Shown: piece after piece, positions 50,101-63,150 of the stretch
Position numbering within the stretch: the stretch's first letter is position 1
How the letters are laid out: the number at the start of each line of letters is the position of its first letter
Source of the DNA: Eledone cirrhosa
Taxonomy: Eukaryota
Reading direction: 5' to 3'
DNA length: 64,000 nt
Assembly (NCBI GenBank): GCA_964016885.1
Contig: OZ024743.1
Location: 90,334,001-90,398,000, forward strand
Notes under the pieces: model-generated
The model's input: only the letters and a program-made list of their open reading frames with translations
Databases searched by the model: none
What the model was told of the DNA's origin: nothing
Program-made: the position numbers and the translations under genes

Positions 50101-50690
50101 TATACAGTCAACATCTACACACTGTATATATACAGTCAACATCTACACACTGTATCTATATAGTCAACATCTACACACTGTATCTATACAGTCAGCATCT
50201 ACACACTGTATCTATACAGTCAACATCTACACACTGTATCTATCTATACAGTCAACATCTACACAGGGTATCTATATAGTCAACACCTACACACTGTATC
50301 TATCTATACAGTCAACATCTACACACTATATCTATATAGTCAACATCTACACACTGTATCTATCTATACTGTCAACATCTACACACTGTATCTATCTATA
50401 CAGTCAACATCTACACACTGTGTCTATCTATACAGTCAACATCTACACACTGTATCTATAGTCAACATCTACACACTATCTATACAGTCAAAATCTACAC
50501 ACTGTATCTCTCTATATAGTCAACATCTACACACTGTATCTATATAGTCAACATCTACACATTGTATCTATCTATACAGTCAACATCTACACACTGTATC
50601 TATATAGTCAACATCTACACACTGTATCTATACAGTCAACATCTACACACTGTATCTATCTATACAGTCAACATCTATACACTGTATCTA
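47130..50690. repeat. Partial tandem duplication with an offset of about 2.33 kb
   Basis: CTAAACACCG, CTGAATC, AACTTCTAC and CAACAACTAC markers recur at +2332 (ORF starts 47602/49934). GGG at 47906/50266 is at +2360, i.e. one extra 28-mer. Confidence 0.85.
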
Positions 50691-53600
50691 TATAGGCAAC
50701 ATCTACACACTGTATCTATACAGTCAACATCTACACACTGTATCTATACAGTCAACATCTACACACTGTATCTATCTATATAGTCAACATTTACACACTG
50801 TATCTATATAGTCAACATCTACACACTGTATCTATACAGTCAACATCTACACACTGTATTTATATAGTCAACATCTACACACTGTATCTATCTATACAGT
50901 CAACATGTACACACTGTATCTATACAGTCAACATCTATACACTGTATCTATCTATACAGTCGACATCTACACACTGTATCTATCTATATAGTCAACATCT
51001 ACACACTGTATCTATATAGTCAACATCTACACACTGTATCTATATAGTCAACATCTACACACTGTATCTATATAGTCAACATCTACACACTGTATCTATA
51101 TAGTCAACATCTCCACACTGTATCTATACAGTCAACATCTACACACTGTATCTATACAGTCAACATCTACACACTGAATCTATCTATACAGTCAACATGG
51201 ACACACTGTATCTATCTATATAGTCAACATCTACACATTGTATCTATATAGTCAACATCTACACACTGTATCTATACAGTCAACATCTACACACTGTATC
51301 TATACAGTCAACATCTACACACTGTATCTATACAGTCAACATCTACACACTGTATCTATCTATACAGTCAACATCTACACACTGTATCTATATAGTCAAC
51401 ATCTACACACTGTATCTATGTATAGAGTCAACATCTACACACTGTATCTATCTATACAGTCAACATCTACACACTGTATCTATATAGTCAACATCTACAC
51501 ACTGTATCTATACAGTCAACATCTACACACTGTATCTATCTATACAGTCAACATCTATACACTGTATCTATATAGTCAACATCTACACACTGTATCTATA
51601 TAGTCAACATCTACACACTGTATCTATCTATAAAGTCAACATCTACACACTGTATCTATCTATAAAGGCAACATCTACACACCGTATCTATCTATATAGT
51701 CAACATCTACACACTGTATCTATATAGTCAACATCTACACACTGTATCTATATAGTCAACATCTACACACTGTATCTATATAGTCAACATCTACACACTG
51801 TATCTATATATTCAACATCTACACACTGTATCTATATAGTCAACATCTACACACTGTATCTATACAGTCAACATCTACACGCTGAATCTATCTATACAGT
51901 CAATATCTATACACTGTATCTATCTATACAGTCAACATCTATACACTGTATCTATATAGGCAACATCTACACACTGTATCTATACAGTCAACATCTACAC
52001 ACTGTATCTATACAGTCAACATCTACACACTGTATCTATCTATATAGTCAACATCTACACACTGTATCTATATAGTCAACATCTACACACTGTATCTATA
52101 TAGTCAACATCTACACACTGTATCTATATAGTCAACATCTACACACTGTATCTATGTAGTCAACATCTACACACTGTATCTATATAGTCAACATCTACAC
52201 ACTGTATCTATACAGTCAACATCTACATGCTGTATCTATCTATACAGTCAATATATATACACTGTATCTATATAGTCAACATCTACACACTGTATCTATC
52301 TATACAGTCAACATCTATACACTGTATCTATATAGGCAACATCTACACACTGTATCTATACAGTCAACATCTACACACTGTATCTATACAGTCAACATCT
52401 ACACACTGTATCTATCTATATAGTCAACATCTACACACTGTATCTATATAGTCAACATCTACACACTGTATCTATATAGTCAACATCTACACACTGTATC
52501 TATATAGTCAACATCTACACACTGTATCTATCTATATAGTCAACATCTACACTGTATCTATACAGTCAACATCTACACACTGTATCTATACAGTCAACAT
52601 CTACACACTGTATTTATATAGTCAACATCTACACACTGTATCTATCTATACAGTCAACATCTACACACTGTATCTATACAGTCAACATCTACACACTGTA
52701 TCTATATAGTCAACATCTACACACTGTATCTATATAGTCAACATCTACACACTGTATCTATATAGTCAACATCTACACACTGTATCTATATAGTCAACAT
52801 CTACACGCTGTATCTATCTATACAGTCAATATCTATACACTGTATCTATATAGTCAACATCTACACACTGTATCTATCTATACAGTCAACATCTATACAC
52901 TGTATCTATACAGTCAACATCGACACACTGTATCTATACAGTCAACATCTACACACTGTATCTATACAGTCAACATCTACACACTGTATCTATATAGTCA
53001 ACATCTACACACTGTATCTATATAGTCAACATCTACACACTGTATCTATATAGTCAACATCTACACACTGTATCTATCTATACAGGCAACATCTACACAC
53101 TGTATCTATACAGTCAACATCTACACACTGTATCTATACAGTCAACATCTACACACTGTATCTATCTATATAGTCAACATCTACACACTGTATCTATATA
53201 GTCAACATCTACACACTGTATCTATATAGTCAACATCTACACACTGTATCTATATAGTCTACATCTACACACTGTATCTATATAGTCAACATCTACACAC
53301 TGTATCTATATAGTCAACATCTACACACTGTATCTATACAGTCAACATCTACAAGCTGTATCTATCTATACAGTCAATATCTATACACTGTATCTATATA
53401 GTCAACATCTACACACTGTATCTATCTATACAGTCAACATCTATACACTGTATCTATATAGGCAACATCTACACACTGTATCTATACAGTCAACATCTAC
53501 ACACTGTATCTATACAGTCAACATCTACACACTGTATCTATCTATATAGTCAACATCTACACACTGTATCTATATAGTCAACATCTACACACTGTATCTA

Positions 53601-56600
53601 TCTATACAGTCAACATCTACACACTATATCTATACAGTCAACATCTACACACTGTATTTATATAGTCAACATCTACACACTGTATCTATATATACAGTCA
53701 ACATGTACACACTGTATCTATACAGTCAACATCTATACACTGTGACTATCTATACAGTCAGCATCTACATACTTTCTCTATCTATATAGTCAACATCTAC
53801 ACACTGTATCTATCTATACAGTCAACATCTACACACTGTATCTATATAGTTAACATCTACACACTGTATCTATATAGTCAACATCTACACACTGTATCTA
53901 TCTATATAGTCAACATCTATACACTGTATTTATATAGTCAACATCTACACACTGTATCTATATAGTCAACATCTACACACTGTATCTATGTATAGAGTCA
54001 ACATCTACACACTGTATCTATCTATACAGTCAACATCTACACACTGTATCTATATAGTCAACATCTACACACTGTATCTATACAGTCAACATCTACACAC
54101 TGTATCTATCTATACAGTCAACATCTATACACTGTATCTATATAGTCAACATCTACACACTGTATCTATATAGTCAACATCTACACACTGTATCTATCTA
54201 TAAAGTCAACATCTACACACTGTATCTATCTATAAAGGCAACATCTACACACCGTATCTATCTATATAGTCAACATCTACACACTGTATCTATATAGTCA
54301 ACATCTACACACTGTATCTATATAGTCAACATCTACACACTGTATCTATATAGTCAACATCTACACACTGTATCTATATATTCAACATCTACACACTGTA
54401 TCTATATAGTCAACATCTACACACTGTATCTATACAGTCAACATCTACACGCTGAATCTATCTATACAGTCAATATCTATACACTGTATCTATCTATACA
54501 GTCAACATCTATACACTGTATCTATATAGGCAACATCTACACACTGTATCTATACAGTCAACATCTACACACTGTATCTATACAGTCAACATCTACACAC
54601 TGTATCTATCTATATAGTCAACATCTACACACTGTATCTATATAGTCAACATCTACACACTGTATCTATATAGTCAACATCTACACACTGTATCTATATA
54701 GTCAACATCTACACACTGTATCTATGTAGTCAACATCTACACACTGTATCTATATAGTCAACATCTACACACTGTATCTATACAGTCAACATCTACATGC
54801 TGTATCTATCTATACAGTCAATATATATACACTGTATCTATATAGTCAACATCTACACACTGTATCTATCTATACAGTCAACATCTATACACTGTATCTA
54901 TATAGGCAACATCTACACACTGTATCTATACAGTCAACATCTACACACTGTATCTATACAGTCAACATCTACACACTGTATCTATCTATATAGTCAACAT
55001 CTACACACTGTATCTATATAGTCAACATCTACACACTGTATCTATATAGTCAACATCTACACACTGTATCTATATAGTCAACATCTACACACTGTATCTA
55101 TCTATATAGTCAACATCTACACTGTATCTATACAGTCAACATCTACACACTGTATCTATACAGTCAACATCTACACACTGTATTTATATAGTCAACATCT
55201 ACACACTGTATCTATCTATACAGTCAACATCTACACACTGTATCTATACAGTCAACATCTACACACTGTATCTATATAGTCAACATCTACACACTGTATC
55301 TATATAGTCAACATCTACACACTGTATCTATATAGTCAACATCTACACACTGTATCTATATAGTCAACATCTACACGCTGTATCTATCTATACAGTCAAT
55401 ATCTATACACTGTATCTATATAGTCAACATCTACACACTGTATCTATCTATACAGTCAACATCTATACACTGTATCTATACAGTCAACATCGACACACTG
55501 TATCTATACAGTCAACATCTACACACTGTATCTATACAGTCAACATCTACACACTGTATCTATATAGTCAACATCTACACACTGTATCTATATAGTCAAC
55601 ATCTACACACTGTATCTATATAGTCAACATCTACACACTGTATCTATCTATACAGGCAACATCTACACACTGTATCTATACAGTCAACATCTACACACTG
55701 TATCTATACAGTCAACATCTACACACTGTATCTATCTATATAGTCAACATCTACACACTGTATCTATATAGTCAACATCTACACACTGTATCTATATAGT
55801 CAACATCTACACACTGTATCTATATAGTCTACATCTACACACTGTATCTATATAGTCAACATCTACACACTGTATCTATATAGTCAACATCTACACACTG
55901 TATCTATACAGTCAACATCTACAAGCTGTATCTATCTATACAGTCAATATCTATACACTGTATCTATATAGTCAACATCTACACACTGTATCTATCTATA
56001 CAGTCAACATCTATACACTGTATCTATATAGGCAACATCTACACACTGTATCTATACAGTCAACATCTACACACTGTATCTATACAGTCAACATCTACAC
56101 ACTGTATCTATCTATATAGTCAACATCTACACACTGTATCTATATAGTCAACATCTACACACTGTATCTATCTATACAGTCAACATCTACACACTATATC
56201 TATACAGTCAACATCTACACACTGTATTTATATAGTCAACATCTACACACTGTATCTATATATACAGTCAACATGTACACACTGTATCTATACAGTCAAC
56301 ATCTATACACTGTGACTATCTATACAGTCAGCATCTACATACTTTCTCTATCTATATAGTCAACATCTACACACTGTATCTATCTATACAGTCAACATCT
56401 ACACACTGTATCTATATAGTTAACATCTACACACTGTATCTATATAGTCAACATCTACACACTGTATCTATCTATATAGTCAACATCTATACACTGTATT
56501 TATATAGTCAACATCTACACACTGTATCTATACAGGCAACATCTACATACTGTATCTATCTATATAGTCAACATCTATACACTGTATTTATATAGTCAAC

Positions 56601-59600
56601 ATCTACACACTGTATCTATCTATACTGTCAACATCTACACACTGTATCTATCTATACAGTCAAAATCTACACACTGTGTCTATCTATCCAGTCAACATCT
56701 ACACACTGTATCAATACAGTCAACATCGACACACTGTATCTAAACAGCCAACATCTACAGACTGTATCTATATAGTCAACATCTACACACTGTATCTATA
56801 TATATAGTCAACATCTACAAACTGAATCTATATAGTCAACATCTACACACGGTATCTATACAGTCAACATCTACACACTGTATCTATACAGTCAACATCT
56901 ACACACTGTATCTATACAGTCAACATCTACACACTCTATCTATATAGTCAACATCTACACACTGTATCTATATAGTCAACATCTACACACTGTATCTATA
57001 TAGTCAACATCTACACACTGTATCTATCTATATAGTCAACATCTACACACTGTATCTATACAGTCAATATCTACACACTGTAACTATCTATATAGTCAAC
57101 ATCTACACACTGTATCTATATAGTCAACATCTACACACTGTATCTATATAGTCAACATCTACACACTGAATCTATATATATAGTCAACATCTACACACTG
57201 TATCTATATAGTCAACATCTACACACTGTATCTATATATATAGTCAACTTCTACACACTGTATCTATGTATATAGTCAACATCTACACACTGTGTCTATC
57301 TATACAGTCAACAACTACACACTGTATCTATCTATACAGTCAACATCTACACACTGTATCTATATATATATAGTCAACATCTACACACTGTATCTTTCTA
57401 TACAGTCAACATCTACACACTGTATCTATACAGTCAACATCTACACACTGTATATATCTATACAGTCAACATCTACACACTGTATATATACAGTCAACAT
57501 CTACACACTGTATCTATATAGTCAACATCTACACACTGTATCTATACAGTCAGCATCTACACACTGTATCTATACAGTCAACATCTACACACTGTATCTA
57601 TCTATACAGTCAACATCTACACAGGGTATCTATATAGTCAACACCTACACACTGTATCTATCTATACAGTCAACATCTACACACTATATCTATATAGTCA
57701 ACATCTACACACTGTATCTATCTATACTGTCAACATCTACACACTGTATCTATCTATACAGTCAACATCTACACACTGTGTCTATCTATACAGTCAACAT
57801 CTACACACTGTATCTATAGTCAACATCTACACACTATCTATACAGTCAAAATCTACACACTGTATCTCTCTATATAGTCAACATCTACACACTGTATCTA
57901 TATAGTCAACATCTACACATTGTATCTATCTATACAGTCAACATCTACACACTGTATCTATATAGTCAACATCTACACACTGTATCTATACAGTCAACAT
58001 CTACACACTGTATCTATCTATACAGTCAACATCTATACACTGTATCTATATAGGCAACATCTACACACTGTATCTATACAGTCAACATCTACACACTGTA
58101 TCTATACAGTCAACATCTACACACTGTATCTATCTATATAGTCAACATTTACACACTGTATCTATATAGTCAACATCTACACACTGTATCTATACAGTCA
58201 ACATCTACACACTGTATTTATATAGTCAACATCTACACACTGTATCTATCTATACAGTCAACATGTACACACTGTATCTATACAGTCAACATCTATACAC
58301 TGTATCTATCTATACAGTCGACATCTACACACTGTATCTATCTATATAGTCAACATCTACACACTGTATCTATATAGTCAACATCTACACACTGTATCTA
58401 TATAGTCAACATCTACACACTGTATCTATATAGTCAACATCTACACACTGTATCTATATAGTCAACATCTCCACACTGTATCTATACAGTCAACATCTAC
58501 ACACTGTATCTATACAGTCAACATCTACACACTGAATCTATCTATACAGTCAACATGGACACACTGTATCTATCTATATAGTCAACATCTACACATTGTA
58601 TCTATATAGTCAACATCTACACACTGTATCTATACAGTCAACATCTACACACTGTATCTATACAGTCAACATCTACACACTGTATCTATACAGTCAACAT
58701 CTACACACTGTATCTATCTATACAGTCAACATCTACACACTGTATCTATATAGTCAACATCTACACACTGTATCTATGTATAGAGTCAACATCTACACAC
58801 TGTATCTATCTATACAGTCAACATCTACACACTGTATCTATATAGTCAACATCTACACACTGTATCTATACAGTCAACATCTACACACTGTATCTATCTA
58901 TACAGTCAACATCTATACACTGTATCTATATAGTCAACATCTACACACTGTATCTATATAGTCAACATCTACACACTGTATCTATCTATAAAGTCAACAT
59001 CTACACACTGTATCTATCTATAAAGGCAACATCTACACACCGTATCTATCTATATAGTCAACATCTACACACTGTATCTATATAGTCAACATCTACACAC
59101 TGTATCTATATAGTCAACATCTACACACTGTATCTATATAGTCAACATCTACACACTGTATCTATATATTCAACATCTACACACTGTATCTATATAGTCA
59201 ACATCTACACACTGTATCTATACAGTCAACATCTACACGCTGAATCTATCTATACAGTCAATATCTATACACTGTATCTATCTATACAGTCAACATCTAT
59301 ACACTGTATCTATATAGGCAACATCTACACACTGTATCTATACAGTCAACATCTACACACTGTATCTATACAGTCAACATCTACACACTGTATCTATCTA
59401 TATAGTCAACATCTACACACTGTATCTATATAGTCAACATCTACACACTGTATCTATATAGTCAACATCTACACACTGTATCTATATAGTCAACATCTAC
59501 ACACTGTATCTATGTAGTCAACATCTACACACTGTATCTATATAGTCAACATCTACACACTGTATCTATACAGTCAACATCTACATGCTGTATCTATCTA

Positions 59601-62600
59601 TACAGTCAATATATATACACTGTATCTATATAGTCAACATCTACACACTGTATCTATCTATACAGTCAACATCTATACACTGTATCTATATAGGCAACAT
59701 CTACACACTGTATCTATACAGTCAACATCTACACACTGTATCTATACAGTCAACATCTACACACTGTATCTATCTATATAGTCAACATCTACACACTGTA
59801 TCTATATAGTCAACATCTACACACTGTATCTATATAGTCAACATCTACACACTGTATCTATATAGTCAACATCTACACACTGTATCTATCTATATAGTCA
59901 ACATCTACACTGTATCTATACAGTCAACATCTACACACTGTATCTATACAGTCAACATCTACACACTGTATTTATATAGTCAACATCTACACACTGTATC
60001 TATCTATACAGTCAACATCTACACACTGTATCTATACAGTCAACATCTACACACTGTATCTATATAGTCAACATCTACACACTGTATCTATATAGTCAAC
60101 ATCTACACACTGTATCTATATAGTCAACATCTACACACTGTATCTATATAGTCAACATCTACACGCTGTATCTATCTATACAGTCAATATCTATACACTG
60201 TATCTATATAGTCAACATCTACACACTGTATCTATCTATACAGTCAACATCTATACACTGTATCTATACAGTCAACATCGACACACTGTATCTATACAGT
60301 CAACATCTACACACTGTATCTATACAGTCAACATCTACACACTGTATCTATATAGTCAACATCTACACACTGTATCTATATAGTCAACATCTACACACTG
60401 TATCTATATAGTCAACATCTACACACTGTATCTATCTATACAGGCAACATCTACACACTGTATCTATACAGTCAACATCTACACACTGTATCTATACAGT
60501 CAACATCTACACACTGTATCTATCTATATAGTCAACATCTACACACTGTATCTATATAGTCAACATCTACACACTGTATCTATATAGTCAACATCTACAC
60601 ACTGTATCTATATAGTCTACATCTACACACTGTATCTATATAGTCAACATCTACACACTGTATCTATATAGTCAACATCTACACACTGTATCTATACAGT
60701 CAACATCTACAAGCTGTATCTATCTATACAGTCAATATCTATACACTGTATCTATATAGTCAACATCTACACACTGTATCTATCTATACAGTCAACATCT
60801 ATACACTGTATCTATATAGGCAACATCTACACACTGTATCTATACAGTCAACATCTACACACTGTATCTATACAGTCAACATCTACACACTGTATCTATC
60901 TATATAGTCAACATCTACACACTGTATCTATATAGTCAACATCTACACACTGTATCTATCTATACAGTCAACTTCTACACACTATATCTATACAGTCAAC
61001 ATCTACACACTGTATTTATATAGTCAACATCTACACACTGTATCTATATATACAGTCAACATGTACACACTGTATCTATACAGTCAACATCTATACACTG
61101 TGACTATCTATACAGTCAGCATCTACATACTTTCTCTATGTATATAGTCAACATCTACACACTGTATCTATCTATACAGTCAACATCTACACACTGTATC
61201 TATATAGTCAACATCTACACACTGTATCTATATAGTCAACATCTACACACTGTATCTATCTATATAGTCAACATCTATACACTGTATTTATATAGTCAAC
61301 ATCTACACACTGTATCTATACAGGCAACATCTACATACTGTATCTATCTATATAGTCAACATCTATACACTGTATTTATATAGTCAACATCTACACACTG
61401 TATCTATCTATACTGTCAACATCTACACACTGTATCTATCTATACAGTCAAAATCTACACACTGTGTCTATCTATCCAGTCAACATCTACACACTGTATC
61501 AATACAGTCAACATCGACACACTGTATCTAAACAGCCAACATCTACAGACTGTATCTATATAGTCAACATCTACACACTGTATCTATATATATAGTCAAC
61601 ATCTACAAACTGAATCTATATAGTCAACATCTACACACGGTATCTATACAGTCAACATCTACACACTGTATCTATACAGTCAACATCTACACACTGTATC
61701 TATACAGTCAACATCTACACACTCTATCTATATAGTCAACATCTACACACTGTATCTATATAGTCAACATCTACACACTGTATCTATATAGTCAACATCT
61801 ACACACTGTATCTATCTATATAGTCAACATCTACACACTGTATCTATACAGTCAATATCTACACACTGTAACTATCTATATAGTCAACATCTACACACTG
61901 TATCTATATAGTCAACATCTACACACTGTATCTATATAGTCAACATCTACACACTGTATCTATATAGTCAACATCTACACACTGTATCTATATAGTCAAC
62001 ATCTACACACTGTATCTATACGGTCAACATCTACACACTGTATCTATCTATACAGTCAACATCTATACACTGTATCTATATAGGCAACATCTACACACTG
62101 TATCTATACAGTCAACATCTACACACTGTACCTATACAGTCAACATCTAAACACCGTATCTATCTATATAGTCAACATCTACACACTGTATCTATCTATA
62201 CAGTCAACATCTACACACTGTATCTATCTATACAGTCAACATCTACACACTGTATCTATATAGTCAACATCTACACACTGAATCTATATATATAGTCAAC
62301 ATCTACACACTGTATCTATATAGTCAACATCTACACACTGTATCTATATATATAGTCAACTTCTACACACTGTATCTATGTATATAGTCAACATCTACAC
62401 ACTGTGTCTATCTATACAGTCAACAACTACACACTGTATCTATCTATACAGTCAACATCTACACACTGTATCTATATATATATAGTCAACATCTACACAC
62501 TGTATCTTTCTATACAGTCAACATCTACACACTGTATCTATACAGTCAACATCTACACACTGTATATATCTATACAGTCAACATCTACACACTGTATATA

Positions 62601-63150
62601 TACAGTCAACATCTACACACTGTATCTATATAGTCAACATCTACACACTGTATCTATACAGTCAGCATCTACACACTGTATCTATACAGTCAACATCTAC
62701 ACACTGTATCTATCTATACAGTCAACATCTACACAGGGTATCTATATAGTCAACACCTACACACTGTATCTATCTATACAGTCAACATCTACACACTATA
62801 TCTATATAGTCAACATCTACACACTGTATCTATCTATACTGTCAACATCTACACACTGTATCTATCTATACAGTCAACATCTACACACTGTGTCTATCTA
62901 TACAGTCAACATCTACACACTGTATCTATAGTCAACATCTACACACTATCTATACAGTCAAAATCTACACACTGTATCTCTCTATATAGTCAACATCTAC
63001 ACACTGTATCTATATAGTCAACATCTACACATTGTATCTATCTATACAGTCAACATCTACACACTGTATCTATATAGTCAACATCTACACACTGTATCTA
63101 TACAGTCAACATCTACACACTGTATCTATCTATACAGTCAACATCTATAC
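49500..63150. repeat. Higher-order repeat of about 5.1 kb, modified by the internal 2570-bp duplication and a 324-bp deletion
   Basis: Identical 175-aa ORF-track entries start at 49934, 57292 and 62404 (offsets 7358 and 5112). The arithmetic closes: 7358 = 5112 + 2570 - 324. Confidence 0.85.
51366..56532. repeat. Tandem duplication with a 2570-bp unit (about 51366-53935 and 53936-56505)
   Basis: ATGTATAGAG at 51418/53988, ORFs 52227/54797, and the ACAAGCTG, GTCTACATC, TACTTTCTC and GTTAAC variants all recur at +2570. Confidence 0.92.

Noticed and set aside
1720-62931. All ORF-track entries as protein-coding genes
   Set aside because: They are translations of the repeat in three rotating frames, begin at sporadic variant GTG/TTG/ATG codons, recur with the duplications and resemble no domain I recognise. 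The + strand-only bias follows from CTA and TCA giving frequent minus-strand stops.
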